Assembly (NCBI GenBank): GCA_963843575.1
Contig: CAWJKZ010000013.1
Location: 416,001-480,000, forward strand
DNA from: an uncultured Acidobacteriota bacterium
GTDB taxonomy: Bacteria; Acidobacteriota; UBA6911
Direction: 5' to 3'
Length of the DNA stretch: 64,000 bases
Of the stretch, positions 52,012 through 64,000 are shown one piece after another; the stretch's first letter is position 1, and each line of letters starts with the position of its first letter. The notes under the pieces are model-generated. The model worked only from the letters and a program-made list of their open reading frames with translations. It was not told the DNA's origin and made no database searches. A program made the translations under genes and the position numbers.

Positions 52012-52216
52012 ACGCCCTACCTCTTCCTGGCTGATCCCCTGCAAACCAAAGCGAATATATCAAAGTCTAAATTAGGGTGTATGGGAAGTCAAGCAAGGCT
52101 GCCTTGGAACCCGGTCGCGGGATTCGCTTGGCCGCCGCTGCCGCCGCTTGTGTGCTGATTTGCCGCATGTTATACTCCCATAGCTTTAATGAAATCTCGG
52201 ATGGAGCCAACTCCTT

Positions 52217-53887
<1,671 letters not shown>

Positions 53888-53905
53888 CTTAATCGTACTG
53901 CAGAT

Positions 53906-55642
53906 ATGAAACGGTCCTGGCCCGTTTTCACCCTTGTAGTGCTGTGTGCAGTTCTGTGGGGCAACTCCGCCTACGGCCAGGGAGAGGCCACGGCCGTCGC
54001 CGCCGCCGTCACGAATGCCATGGGGCGTGACACCGAACCGCGCGCCCCCGCTTCTTCCCCCTATATCCCCGACACCCCCGACGTGCCGACTGCGATGCTC
54101 GAACTCATGCGCAGCGCCCAGCAGAAGTACGTCGAAGGGTCGAACCTCATCCGGCTCGGCGAATCGGCGAAGGCGCGGGCCGCTTTCAACAGTGCCGTCG
54201 ATCTCCTGCTGCAGGGCGAGTGGGATATCAACGCCAACCCCGCGCTCAACCGCTTCTTCCAGGACTTGATCAGGCGCATCCAGGAGGATGAGTCGCGCTA
54301 CATCACCATCCCGGAATCAGCCGAGGAAAAACCCGAGGACGCGGTGGTCGACGAACTCGACCAGCTCGACCTGATCCCGCTGAAGGTCGACCCGTCGCTC
54401 CAGGACTTCGTGGAAGAAGACCTGAAGAACACCCGGTACGACATCCCGGTGATCCTTAACGACAAAGTATTTAAATCGCTTGACTTCTGGCTTACACGCG
54501 GGCGCAGGTTCTTCAACGACGGCCTGGTGCGCTCCGGCCGGTACCGGGAAATGATTCATCGGATCTTCCGCGAGGAATCTATCCCGCTCGATGTGATGTA
54601 CCTGGCCCAAGTCGAGAGCCTCTTCAAAACGAACGCCTTGTCGCGGGCGCAGGCGAAGGGGATCTGGCAATTCGGGAAGTGGACCGCCATCCGCTACGGC
54701 CTTAAGGTAAACGCCTATATCGACGAGCGCTCCGACCCCGAGAAATCGACCCGCGCGGCCGCGCGCTACCTGAACGATCTCTACGCCATGTTCAAGGACT
54801 GGAACCTCGTCCTTGCGGCCTACAACTGGGGGGAAGGCAAGGTCCAGAAGCTCATCGACCGGAGCGGGATCAATGATTTCTGGGACCTGATGGACTTGCG
54901 GCGCAATTTCCCCCAGGAGACGAAAAACCACGTACCGATGATCATGGCCAGCGTCATACTCGCGCACAACCCTGCCAAGTACGGTTTCCCCGTCGAGCTT
55001 GATGAACCTCTCGAATACGACGTGATCCCGGTGTCCCGGTCCATCGACCTTCGTGCCGCCGCGAAGATCCTGAACACGAGCCTCGATCACCTGAAGCAGT
55101 TGAATCCGGCGTTGCGAGGGCTCACAACCCCGGCCGACTACCCCGATTTTGCCCTGAAAGTCCCCGCCGGAACCACACCGGACGCGTCAAACCAGATCGC
55201 GGCCCTCCCTCCGGTGAAGCTCAGGCCTCCCGCGGAGTACTCCACCGCAAAACACCGCGTGCGGCCCGGAGAGACTCTGGGGCGGATCGCTGCGCGCTAC
55301 CGCGTTTCCGTTGCGGAACTGCAGCGACTCAACAACATCCGCGCGGCCAAATCGCTGCGGGTGGGCACCTACCTCACGGTGCCCCAGACCGCGCGACGCA
55401 CCAGTCTCGCCTCAAAGCGCATCGGGACAAGGATTAAGAGTTCACCGATCCGCAGCACCAGGATCTCCCCCGCCAAGTCGCCCCGCTCCACAACCCTCAG
55501 ACCGACGCCTCCCGCGGCAACAAACCTGAGCCGTGCCGGCGCAAAAAGCGTCAAAGTACCTGGTGGCGCAAAAAAGACGCGCGAGGCGACCGTGAAATCA
55601 CCCCCACCGCGAAAAAGCGCGGGGCGCGCCGCGTCCCGTTGA
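53906..55642 (+). CDS. MltD-like lytic transglycosylase with LysM
   Basis: VES catalytic motif, GIWQF, AAYNWGE, LysM HRVRPGETL, basic tail. Confidence 0.92.
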   Translation: MKRSWPVFTLVVLCAVLWGNSAYGQGEATAVAAAVTNAMGRDTEPRAPASSPYIPDTPDVPTAMLELMRSAQQKYVEGSNLIRLGESAKARAAFNSAVDLLLQGEWDINANPALNRFFQDLIRRIQEDESRYITIPESAEEKPEDAVVDELDQLDLIPLKVDPSLQDFVEEDLKNTRYDIPVILNDKVFKSLDFWLTRGRRFFNDGLVRSGRYREMIHRIFREESIPLDVMYLAQVESLFKTNALSRAQAKGIWQFGKWTAIRYGLKVNAYIDERSDPEKSTRAAARYLNDLYAMFKDWNLVLAAYNWGEGKVQKLIDRSGINDFWDLMDLRRNFPQETKNHVPMIMASVILAHNPAKYGFPVELDEPLEYDVIPVSRSIDLRAAAKILNTSLDHLKQLNPALRGLTTPADYPDFALKVPAGTTPDASNQIAALPPVKLRPPAEYSTAKHRVRPGETLGRIAARYRVSVAELQRLNNIRAAKSLRVGTYLTVPQTARRTSLASKRIGTRIKSSPIRSTRISPAKSPRSTTLRPTPPAATNLSRAGAKSVKVPGGAKKTREATVKSPPPRKSAGRAASR

Positions 55643-55670
55643 TTCATCAGGGGATTCCCAAAAGGGCAAC

Positions 55671-55697
55671 CGCTCCCCCCGGCTGGGGGCGATTTTT
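55671..55697 (+). terminator. Probable intrinsic terminator
   Basis: CGCTCCCCC..GGGGGCG hairpin followed by ATTTTT, just after the mltD-like stop codon. Confidence 0.55.
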
Positions 55698-55789
55698 ATC
55701 TCATGTCTGCAGAACTTTCCAGCCGGGAGACTCGTATTAACTTGCGGGCAAAGGACGATCTGTACTACGTCCGCGCAAAAGGTCTGTAA

Positions 55790-57097
55790 ATGAATGCAAC
55801 GGTTACCGAACTCCGGCTCATAACCCTGGAAGGGAGCAAAGCGGCGACGCCCTCGAAGCCCAGGAGCCACGCGGCGGCCTGGGAAGCGCTAGTGATCGCG
55901 GCAGACTCCATCTGGTCGCACAAGCTCCGCTCCGTCCTCACGCTCCTCGGCATCATCATCGGGGTGGCGTCGGTCGTCACGGTCGGGGGGGCCATCGAGG
56001 GGCTGGGATCCTACGTCAAGGACAGGCTGGTGACGGTTTTCGGCAGCAATACCTTCATCGTCGCCCGGGTCGCGCGCATGAACATCTCCTACGAGGAGTG
56101 GGAAAAGCTGAACAAACGCAACAAGCGCATCTACTCGGACGACCTGCGCGCGATCCAGGAGCGCTGCGACGGCTGCGAGGCGGTTTCTCCCATGCTCCGC
56201 AACCAGGACGACGTGAAGATCGGGAACCGCACTTTCTACGACGCGAACGTGATCGGGGTCAACACCGACCTGCCCAAAATCCAGCAGCTCAAAATCGCGT
56301 CGGGCCGTTTCCTGAGCAATTTCGAGGTAGAGCACGCCCGGCCGTATGCCGTTATCGGGGCGGATCTGCAGGAAGAGCTCTTCGGCGCCGCGGAGCCGAT
56401 CGGCAAGGACATCAAGGTCGGTGGCGACGTTTACACCGTCCTCGGCATCGAAGAGCGCAACGGCAGCTTTTTCGGCCGCTCGATGGACACGAACGTCTAC
56501 ATCCCCTACACCGCCTTCCTGAAGAAGTATGGCGCGCGGCGCTCCATCGAGGTTCGGGTCAAAGCCCCCTCGGCCGAGTCGCTGGTACCGTCGCAGGACG
56601 AGGTGCGGGTCATCATGAGATCGCGCCACAAGCTGCGGCCGAACCAGGAGGACGACTTCGATATCCTGGCCAGCGATGCGATCCAGGAGTCCGTCAGCCA
56701 GTTTACCGGCGCCATCGCCGCCGTGGTCACTCCCATAACCCTGATATCGTTGGTCGTCGGGGGCATCGTCATCATGAACATCATGCTGGTGACCGTGACC
56801 GAAAGGACCACGGAAGTGGGGATGCGCAAGGCGGTGGGGGCGCGCCGGCGCGACATCATGATGCAGTTCCTGATCGAGTCGGCCCTGCTGGCCTCGCTTG
56901 GCGGAGTCATCGGGCTGCTGCTGGCCTACGGGTTGGGGATCGTGATACGCAACACCACACCGGTCCCCATGACCATCACGTTCGGCTATATCGTCCTGGC
57001 GCTCGTAACCTCGGGCGGCATCGGCATCATTTCCGGCATCTACCCCGCCCACAAGGCGGCGAAGCTCGACCCCATCGTCGCGCTTTCCAGGGACTGA
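55790..57097 (+). CDS. MacB/FtsX-family ABC transporter permease
   Basis: RSVLTLLGIIIGV, GGIVIMNIMLVTVTERT.EVG.RKA, LDPIVAL. Confidence 0.93.
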   Translation: MNATVTELRLITLEGSKAATPSKPRSHAAAWEALVIAADSIWSHKLRSVLTLLGIIIGVASVVTVGGAIEGLGSYVKDRLVTVFGSNTFIVARVARMNISYEEWEKLNKRNKRIYSDDLRAIQERCDGCEAVSPMLRNQDDVKIGNRTFYDANVIGVNTDLPKIQQLKIASGRFLSNFEVEHARPYAVIGADLQEELFGAAEPIGKDIKVGGDVYTVLGIEERNGSFFGRSMDTNVYIPYTAFLKKYGARRSIEVRVKAPSAESLVPSQDEVRVIMRSRHKLRPNQEDDFDILASDAIQESVSQFTGAIAAVVTPITLISLVVGGIVIMNIMLVTVTERTTEVGMRKAVGARRRDIMMQFLIESALLASLGGVIGLLLAYGLGIVIRNTTPVPMTITFGYIVLALVTSGGIGIISGIYPAHKAAKLDPIVALSRD

Positions 57098-57098
57098 T

Positions 57099-58349
57099 AT
57101 GCGGCTCGCTTCGAGTCACCGCGAAAACCTGGCCATGGCCATGCAGACCATCATGGCCCACAAGTTCCGGTCGTTTCTCACGGTGCTTGGCATCATCATC
57201 GGGGTCCTGACGGTCATCGTGATCGCGTCGATCCTGACCGGCATGCGACAGAACATCATCACGTTCGTCGAGGAGTTCGGCACCAACAACATCTTCGCCT
57301 TCCACCTCGGGATGGGGCCCAATTTCGGCCGGCGTCCACGCGAGGAGTGGTTGCGCAAGCCGCTTAGCGTCGAAGACGCCATCGCCCTGCGCGAACAGTG
57401 CCCGTCCGTGCAGGACACGACGTGGGAAGGGATGCCGTGGCAGTCGCGTGTGAAGATCCAGTATCAGAGCAACGTCCTGCGGCAGTTTAATTTCAACGGC
57501 GTCCCGGCAAACTACGCGGGCGTGACCAACATCAAGATCGCCGAGGGTCGCTTTTTCACCGACCTGGAAGATCTGCACCGGATGAACGTGGCCGTGATCG
57601 GTCCGGACGCGCGCCAGGCCCTGTTTCCCATCGTCGACCCGATCGGCAAACAGGTGCTCATCAACGGGCACCCCTTCACCGTCGTCGGGACGACCGAAAA
57701 GAGCAAGGGCGGATTCATGGGGGAAGGGAACGAGCGGGACAGCCAGGTCCTGATACCCTACCAGTCCTTCCACAAGATGATGCCGTGGGAAGACAAGCAC
57801 TTCGTCATGATCCAGGCCAGGGCCGGCATGCTCAAGCAGGCCCTGGACGAGTCGGAGGGGCTGCTCCGGCGCCGCCGCGGGGTGAAGCCGAACGAGGCAA
57901 GCAATTTCGACCTGAGCACCGCCGACCGGTTCATCCAGCAGTTTGACGCCATAACGGCCCAGGTCGGCCTGATCGCGATCGCGATCTCCTCGATCGGCCT
58001 GCTAGTCGGCGGCATCGGGGTGATGAACATCATGCTGGTGTCGGTCACCGAGCGCACGCGCGAAATCGGGGTGCGCAAGGCCATCGGCGCGACCCGCCGC
58101 GACATCGTGCTCCAGTTCCTGTTCGAGGCGATGACTCTAACGGGGGTGGGCGGCGTCTGCGGGGTCGTGCTGGCCGTCGCGACGAGCTATATCGTGATGG
58201 CGCTTGTCCCATCGCTCCCCGCGTCCATCCCGGCGTGGGCCGTCATAACCGGGTTCAGCGTATCGGTTGCCATCGGGCTGATCTTCGGGGTCTGGCCCGC
58301 GCGGAAGGCTGCCCACCTCGATCCCATCGAGGCCCTGCGCTACGAATAG
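57099..58349 (+). CDS. MacB/FtsX-family ABC transporter permease
   Basis: RSFLTVLGIIIGV, GGIGVMNIMLVSVTERTREIG, LDPIEALRYE. Confidence 0.93.
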   Translation: MRLASSHRENLAMAMQTIMAHKFRSFLTVLGIIIGVLTVIVIASILTGMRQNIITFVEEFGTNNIFAFHLGMGPNFGRRPREEWLRKPLSVEDAIALREQCPSVQDTTWEGMPWQSRVKIQYQSNVLRQFNFNGVPANYAGVTNIKIAEGRFFTDLEDLHRMNVAVIGPDARQALFPIVDPIGKQVLINGHPFTVVGTTEKSKGGFMGEGNERDSQVLIPYQSFHKMMPWEDKHFVMIQARAGMLKQALDESEGLLRRRRGVKPNEASNFDLSTADRFIQQFDAITAQVGLIAIAISSIGLLVGGIGVMNIMLVSVTERTREIGVRKAIGATRRDIVLQFLFEAMTLTGVGGVCGVVLAVATSYIVMALVPSLPASIPAWAVITGFSVSVAIGLIFGVWPARKAAHLDPIEALRYE

Positions 58350-58399
58350 GAAATTGGATTAGCCACTTCGATCCGCCGACCGATGAACCCACGGTGAGC

Positions 58400-59287
58400 A
58401 TGCCCCGCACAACCCGGAACCCGGCCCCCACCCCCTACCTCGCCGGCGCCGCCGCGATTGTCGCCTACGCCACCCTGATGTACGGCTGGGGACGGCTCGG
58501 CTGGCAGCATCTCGGGCTGGCGGCTCTCCTGTGGACCTGCCTGACCTCGCTGCCGGGGCCGCGGCGCTTCGTGCGGGACTGGTGGCCCATGATCGTCTTC
58601 TGGCTGAGCTACGACCTGATGCGGGTCTACTCGCCCCACATGTTTCCGCGGGTCGCGGTCGCAGAGCCCTTTCGCTGGGAATCGACGCTGTTCCTCTCAC
58701 CGGACGGCGTGATCTGGCCGTACTACTTCGCCCGATGGTCGGCGAGTCACCGGGGACAGCTCCTGGCGGGGCTCCTCGAGCCGTACCTCAACCTTGTCTA
58801 CCTCTCGCAGGTGTTCGCGGTGCCGCTGCTGATGCTCGGCATCTGGGCGCGGCAGCGCGAACTGCTCTTCAATAGGCTAGTCTGGGGATTCACGGCGCTG
58901 CACGCCATGGCGCTCTGCATCTACGTCGCCTACCCTGCGGCACCGCCGTGGTGGGTTTACGAGAACGGGTTCGTCCAGCCTTCGGCCACTCACTCAACCC
59001 CTATGGGATTCGACAGCAGCTCGGTGCTGGCCGGACTGTTCCACCTCAACCCGAACCGCTTCGCCGCGATACCGTCGGTTCATGGCGCCTACCCTCTGCT
59101 CCTCACCCTCGTGCTGGCCCTGCACGATGCCGCGGGGCGCTGGATAGTGCTCGCCGCCGCCTACACCGCAAGCATGTGGTTCGCCTGCGTCTACCTGAAT
59201 CAGCACTACATCATCGACCTGCTTCTCGGTGCCGCGCTGATCCCCGTGGCCCTGATCGCAGCAAGCCGCTGCCGCGGCCGCCGCTGA
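58400..59287 (+). CDS. PAP2-superfamily membrane protein (Aur1/IPC synthase-like)
   Basis: YPAAPPW, FAAIPSVH, HYIIDL motifs and several TM helices. Confidence 0.85.
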   Translation: MPRTTRNPAPTPYLAGAAAIVAYATLMYGWGRLGWQHLGLAALLWTCLTSLPGPRRFVRDWWPMIVFWLSYDLMRVYSPHMFPRVAVAEPFRWESTLFLSPDGVIWPYYFARWSASHRGQLLAGLLEPYLNLVYLSQVFAVPLLMLGIWARQRELLFNRLVWGFTALHAMALCIYVAYPAAPPWWVYENGFVQPSATHSTPMGFDSSSVLAGLFHLNPNRFAAIPSVHGAYPLLLTLVLALHDAAGRWIVLAAAYTASMWFACVYLNQHYIIDLLLGAALIPVALIAASRCRGRR

Positions 59288-59425
59288 CCGGTTATCGCCC
59301 GGCACGGCGCGAGCCTTCTCCGACGCCGTGTTCGCGGGCACGGATCAGGGCGAGGATCTCGTCGCAGCCCTTGAGCCGGGCGAAGAACAGCGCGTAGCGC
59401 CGCCCGCCGGCAAGCGGCAGGCCGG

Positions 59426-59504
59426 GTGCGCGGCGGCTCGGCGCCGCAACGGTTTGAAACGGCAACACCGCCATCCGGCATGGCGCCGAGGCGCCGCACT
59501 CCAC
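59426..59504. repeat. REP doublet, degenerate
   Basis: GCGGCGGCTCGGCGCCGC...GGCGCCGAGGCGCCGCACTCCAC between convergent genes. Confidence 0.7.
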
Positions 59505-59505
59505 G

Positions 59506-60432
59506 TTATGTCGCGCGGACGCCCGCCTCGGTCAGGTATTCCCGCATCACCTTGGCGTAGTGCGGGAAGGCGACTTCGGGCTCCTCGATCTCCGGGTGCC
59601 ACGCCTTCTCCCACTCGAAGCAGTAATAGCCACGGTAGCCCTGGGTCGCGAGCAGCCTCACGGTCTCGCGCACCGGGACCCGACCGGTGCCCAACAGCAC
59701 ATAGCGCAGGTTGTCTTCCGTGCCGGTGGAATCCTTCAGGTGGGTGTGCCGGATGTACGGTTTGAGTATCTTCAGGGTGTCGGCGGGTTGCTCGTGCCCT
59801 GCGACGAACGTGTGGTGAGCGTCCCACAGCAGCCCGACCTCAGGCATGGCTACGGCCTTGAGCATCTGCTCGAGGGTTCGTGCATCCGTGAAGTCGCCGT
59901 GGGATTCGATGATCACCTGGACGCCGGCCCCCCTGGCATGGCGCCCGAGCTCGATCAGTCCGGCGACGACCCGGTCCATTACGGCCTGCTTTGGCTCCGT
60001 CGGCGGCAGCTTGTCGCCGAAGACCCGCACGTAGGGGGCCTTGAGCCCGTGGGCCAGGTCGATGAAGCGTTTCCCCTCGTCGAGCTGGGCCGCACGCACG
60101 GACGGCTCAGACTCGTGCATTCGGGCCGACGCGCCCAAGTCGGAGACGCGCAAGCCGGTTGCGGCCAGATCCTGAAGCGCGGCCTTGATCTGCCCCGCGT
60201 TGAACTGAGGCACCTTGGTCAGATCCATCTCGCCTTTGATCCCGCGCAGTTCGATGGCGGCGTAGCCCCACTCCGCGGCGTGGTCGAGGATCGTCTTCCA
60301 CTCCCATTTCGGGCACCCCAAGGTGGAGAAAGCGATAGGAAACCGCGGCGTCCTGGGCGCCGCCCTGACGATGGCCGGCGCGGCCGCGAGACAACCGAGC
60401 GCTTTCACTGCTTCCCTACGGGTAATCTTCAT
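59506..60432 (-). CDS. Tat-exported sugar phosphate isomerase/epimerase (TIM barrel)
   Basis: TRREA signal, FSTLGCP, ESHGD, WDAHH, HLKD, FEWEK.WHPEI. Confidence 0.88.
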   Translation of the reverse strand: MKITRREAVKALGCLAAAPAIVRAAPRTPRFPIAFSTLGCPKWEWKTILDHAAEWGYAAIELRGIKGEMDLTKVPQFNAGQIKAALQDLAATGLRVSDLGASARMHESEPSVRAAQLDEGKRFIDLAHGLKAPYVRVFGDKLPPTEPKQAVMDRVVAGLIELGRHARGAGVQVIIESHGDFTDARTLEQMLKAVAMPEVGLLWDAHHTFVAGHEQPADTLKILKPYIRHTHLKDSTGTEDNLRYVLLGTGRVPVRETVRLLATQGYRGYYCFEWEKAWHPEIEEPEVAFPHYAKVMREYLTEAGVRAT

Positions 60433-60441
60433 CGCAACCTC

Positions 60442-61848
60442 CTATTTTTCCACCGTGTGGCTGAGCTTCAGTCCCTGGGTGGTGACGTAATACTTCGCCA
60501 GCATGTTCGGCCGTTCCCACGCCGGAATCGAAGCGGGATCCTTCAGGTAGCGCAGGAACTTGGCCGTCACCTGGGCGAAATGGGCTTCGTGACCGACGCG
60601 GTATTTGTCCGGAATCCCGATGTGCAGTTCCTTCCCGGCGTCCCGCACGGTGACACCGGCGCACTCCTCTCGCAGTGCCTCGATCTTCCTGCTCGCAGCC
60701 TTCAGAATCGCGGTTTTCTGCGAGGGGTCATTCGGAATCACGTAGAGCTCGGGGCGGAACTTCTCCTCCTTGCCCTGGCGGATTTCGACGCGTGCGCGGG
60801 ACCCCTTGAACCAGGCGAAGTGCGTGTCGCCGGATCCCGCCGCAGCCTCGTAGTTCCACAGCACGTTGAGTTTCACGTGGACGCCGCGCAGCGCGTAGGA
60901 AACCATGGTATTGCAGAAGTACTGCAATCCGCCGTCTTTCACCTCGGGGCGGAGGAACTCCGGGAAATCGGCTTCCCCGGTCACCTTCTGGAATTCCGCC
61001 CGGGTGAGGACCGTGGGCCAGCGCCGAGCTGCCTGGACGGCGATGTCCTTGCGGTAATCCATTGCCTTTTCGGGGAAGAGGATCCATTGAACGAGGTCGA
61101 CGAGGTGCGTGCCAACGTCGGGGAGACCCTCACCCTGCTGCCGCACGTCGAAGAACCAGGCAGGCCTGCGGTTGGGCAGGCCCGCGACCATCTTGAGCAG
61201 GTAGTGCACGCTCTCCATGAACACGGCCGGATCCTCCACGGTCCCGGGCAGCTGGGTGCCGTACACCTCCCTGTCGTTGACCAGCTCGCGCTGGAGCATG
61301 GTGGTAATCTCATAGCGCTCCGTCATGATGTCATAGGCAACCAGCCCCTTCTGCTGCGCCGCGGCAAGCGTGGCATCGAGCTTGGGAAAGTCGGCCGGCT
61401 CAATTATCCACGGCTTGTCCGAGAGCACGTTCAGGCCGGCGCCGACGGATGCCTCGATCCGGTCGATCTTGCCGCGGTTGCGGCCGGATATGACCACCAC
61501 GTTGCCGGGCTTCTCCTTGAGCATGCGGGTCATGAAGTCGGGGCTCGTGTGCACTTCGAGGTTCCAGGACGTCGGGTTTTCCTTCCTCGTGTTGAACCCG
61601 ACGATGCGGTTGAGATGCTCCAGGAGGTCGGAACCGAGCGGGGCGTAGATGTCGACGCGGGGCGAGACGTTGGGGTACATCTCCTTTTGGACGAGCCCGG
61701 CGTGGAAGTGCCCGGGGTCCAGGGTCATGAAGCGAACTTCCGACATGGCGGCATTCCCCTGCGATTCGGCGGTTGTGGAGTAACCCAGGCCCAGGACCAC
61801 AAGGACGGGCAGAATGGTCGCGAGCGTATGAACGTGGAGGTGTCTCAT
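60442..61848 (-). CDS. Secreted putative oxidoreductase (Gfo/Idh/MocA-like)
   Basis: [36 protein letters not shown]. Confidence 0.8.
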   Translation of the reverse strand: MRHLHVHTLATILPVLVVLGLGYSTTAESQGNAAMSEVRFMTLDPGHFHAGLVQKEMYPNVSPRVDIYAPLGSDLLEHLNRIVGFNTRKENPTSWNLEVHTSPDFMTRMLKEKPGNVVVISGRNRGKIDRIEASVGAGLNVLSDKPWIIEPADFPKLDATLAAAQQKGLVAYDIMTERYEITTMLQRELVNDREVYGTQLPGTVEDPAVFMESVHYLLKMVAGLPNRRPAWFFDVRQQGEGLPDVGTHLVDLVQWILFPEKAMDYRKDIAVQAARRWPTVLTRAEFQKVTGEADFPEFLRPEVKDGGLQYFCNTMVSYALRGVHVKLNVLWNYEAAAGSGDTHFAWFKGSRARVEIRQGKEEKFRPELYVIPNDPSQKTAILKAASRKIEALREECAGVTVRDAGKELHIGIPDKYRVGHEAHFAQVTAKFLRYLKDPASIPAWERPNMLAKYYVTTQGLKLSHTVEK

Positions 61849-61967
61849 AGAACTCCCTGGGGACCGTACGGTCCACCACCCGCGATACTACACAAAAACG
61901 CGGGTCTCCGGGAGTCGTATTTCAACGGCGCTGTCCAACGGTTGACCTGACCGATCCAAGAAAGATG

Positions 61968-62077
61968 CAAGTGGGTCCGGGCTTCAGCCCGGACGCTGTT
62001 TGCGGTCGCTAGAATGTGCGCCCGTCGCCACACAGATCAGATCAAAAGACGTCCGGGCTGAAGCCCGGACCCACTTG
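61968..62077. repeat. REPIN-like element with 28-bp perfect inverted repeats
   Basis: CAAGTGGGTCCGGGCTTCAGCCCGGACG (61968-61995) and its exact reverse complement (62050-62077). Confidence 0.9.
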
Positions 62078-62106
62078 TTTAATGGGCCCTCTTCATCCCG
62101 GACCCG

Positions 62107-62427
62107 TTAGAACATGCCAAGTTGGAGTTTGGCGGCCTCGGACATGAGGCTGGGGTCCCAAGGCGGGTCCCAGACGAGCTGGACCCGGGCGGAATTCACG
62201 CCGGGGATGGCGAGCACCTTGTTTTCGACCTCGATGGGGAGAGACGCGGCGACAGGACAGCCGGGAGAGGTCAGGGTCATCCGCACGACGACATCCCCCT
62301 GCGGGGTCCGGTCGATGCCGTAGACGAGGCCCAGTTCGTAGACGTTGACGGGGATCTCCGGGTCGTAGACGGTCCGCAGCGCGTCGATCACCTGTTCCTC
62401 GAGGGTTTCTGGAGCCTGAGCGTCCAT
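62107..62427 (-). CDS. sufT: DUF59/SufT-like Fe-S assembly protein
   Basis: VYDPEIPVNVYELGL, TLTSPGCP, VWDPPW. Confidence 0.9.
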   Translation of the reverse strand: MDAQAPETLEEQVIDALRTVYDPEIPVNVYELGLVYGIDRTPQGDVVVRMTLTSPGCPVAASLPIEVENKVLAIPGVNSARVQLVWDPPWDPSLMSEAAKLQLGMF

Positions 62428-62447
62428 CTCGTTTCTCCTCCGGCTGC

Positions 62448-62894
62448 CTATTCGGTCGCAACCGTTTCTTTTGCCTGGTGCAGGGCGGCGCGCAGGGTGT
62501 GCCAGGCCAGGGTCGCGCACTTGACCCGCACCGGGTAGTCGCGGACCCCGGAAAACACGGCGAGCTTGCCCATGGAGTCCGGGTCCTGGTCTGCCTTGCC
62601 GGTGACCAGATCGTGAAACCGATTGAAGAGCTCCTCGATTTGCGCCTCGGTCTTGCCCTTGAGGGCCTCGGTCATCATGGAGGCCGAGGCCGTGGAAATG
62701 GCGCAGCCCGCCCCCTCGAACCCGACGTCGCACACCACCCCGTCCTTGAGGTCCAGGTACAGGGTGATGCGGTCGCCGCATAGCGGGTTGAAGCCATCGG
62801 CCTTGCGGTTGCCGTGCTCCAGCTTGTGGAAGTTGCGCGGCTTCTTGTGGTGGTCGAGGATCACCTGCTGGTAGAGTTCTCTCAGGTCGCCCAT
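62448..62894 (-). CDS. sufU: SufU/NifU-family Fe-S assembly protein
   Basis: LYQQVILDH, NPLCGD, GCAISTASAS, RVKCATL. Confidence 0.94.
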   Translation of the reverse strand: MGDLRELYQQVILDHHKKPRNFHKLEHGNRKADGFNPLCGDRITLYLDLKDGVVCDVGFEGAGCAISTASASMMTEALKGKTEAQIEELFNRFHDLVTGKADQDPDSMGKLAVFSGVRDYPVRVKCATLAWHTLRAALHQAKETVATE

Positions 62895-64000
62895 TAGCTG
62901 AACACCTCGGTTACCTTCCGGATTCCCGCAACGAGGGCATCGATGTCTTCCCGGGTATTGTAGAAGGCCAGCGAGGCGCGGGCCGTCGCGGGGACCTTGA
63001 AGTAATCCATCACGGGCTGCGCGCAGTGGTGGCCGGTCCGGATGGCGATGCCCTCCTGGTCCAGGATCGTCCCGATGTCGTGCGGGTGTATCCCCTCGAT
63101 GACGAACGACAGGACGCTGGCCTTGTCGTCCGCGGTGCCTATTATGCGCACCCCCGGCAACCGGGACAACGCCTCGCTGCCGTAGGCGAGGAGTTCCCCT
63201 TCGTACGCCGCGATCCGCTCGAGGCCGACCGCGTCGAGGTAGTCCACGGCGGCGCCCAGCGCTATGCCCCCGGCGATGTTCGGCGTTCCGGCTTCGAATT
63301 TGTAGGGGATGCGGTTGTAGATGGTCTTCTCGAAGGTCACCGAGCTGATCATGTCCCCGCCCCCCTGGTACGGGGGCATCGCCTCGAGCAGTTCCGCCCT
63401 CCCGTAAAGAACGCCGACGCCCGTGGGGCCGTACATCTTGTGACCGGAGAAGACGTAGAAGTCGGACCCGAGCGCGCGGACGTCGACCTTGAGGTGTTGC
63501 ACGGCCTGGGCCCCGTCGACCAGCACGGGGACGCCCAGGGAATGTGCCCGCTCGATGATTCCGCGAATGGGCGTGACGGTCCCGAGGGCGTTGGACACCT
63601 GGGTGACTGCCACGATGCGGGTGCGCGGGCCAAGCATCCGTTCGTACTCCTCCAGCAGGAGCTCGCCCCGTTGGTCGATGGGGATGACCCGCAGGGTCGC
63701 CCCCTTCTCTTCGCAGAGCATCTGCCAGGGGACGATGTTGGAATGGTGTTCCAGCCCGGAGATGATCACCTCGTCGCCGGCGCCGACGTGAGTGCGCCCG
63801 TAGGTCTGGGCGACCAGGTTGATCCCTTCGGTGGCACCCCGCACGAAAATGATCTCGCGGTCCTCCGCGGCGTTGATAAAGCGCCTGAGCCGTTCGCGCG
63901 CGGCCTCATAGTGCCGCGTCGCCTCCTCGCTGAGCAGGTGCACGCCGCGATGGATGTTGGAACACTCGGTCGTGTAGAACCCGACGATCGCATCGATCAC
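62894..64000 (-). CDS. sufS: Cysteine desulfurase SufS (5' end outside window)
   Basis: NIHRGVH, EHHSNIVPW, FSGHKMYGPTG, RTGHHCAQP. Confidence 0.96.
   Translation of the reverse strand: MIDAIVGFYTTECSNIHRGVHLLSEEATRHYEAARERLRRFINAAEDREIIFVRGATEGINLVAQTYGRTHVGAGDEVIISGLEHHSNIVPWQMLCEEKGATLRVIPIDQRGELLLEEYERMLGPRTRIVAVTQVSNALGTVTPIRGIIERAHSLGVPVLVDGAQAVQHLKVDVRALGSDFYVFSGHKMYGPTGVGVLYGRAELLEAMPPYQGGGDMISSVTFEKTIYNRIPYKFEAGTPNIAGGIALGAAVDYLDAVGLERIAAYEGELLAYGSEALSRLPGVRIIGTADDKASVLSFVIEGIHPHDIGTILDQEGIAIRTGHHCAQPVMDYFKVPATARASLAFYNTREDIDALVAGIRKVTEVFS

Overview
GC-rich bacterial DNA, probably Acidobacteriota (inferred from an ADOP-type permease fragment, REP types and gene content). There are two parts. 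(1) ~1-18195 is an accessory island next to the 3' end of a minus-strand tRNA-Leu(CAA) at 18196-18282, with a second tRNA-Leu-like 3' fragment at 339-363. It carries an unusual IS21-like element (Cys-rich ORF + ParB-like gene + IstA, with a phased three-motif DNA repeat array). It also carries two type II toxin-antitoxin loci, tandem Tat-exported paralogs, metal/redox genes and many abutting gene fragments. (2) 18425-64000 is core chromosome: carD, CBS/HlyC, hemL, hemB, tilS, ftsH, folP, cdaA-cdaR, a PP2C phosphatase, a sugar catabolic cluster (agaR/agaS/pfkB/gatZ), rfaE2, mfd, two SurA-like PPIases, dusB, tatC/tatA, an S41 peptidase, MltD, ABC permeases and sufS-sufU-sufT. It also has REP elements and a candidate promoter-driven structured ncRNA at 48735-48858. 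Many single-base frameshifts, including one in mfd, suggest assembly indel errors, so pseudogene calls resting on frameshifts alone are unreliable. All calls come from motif recognition by eye; no searches were run.
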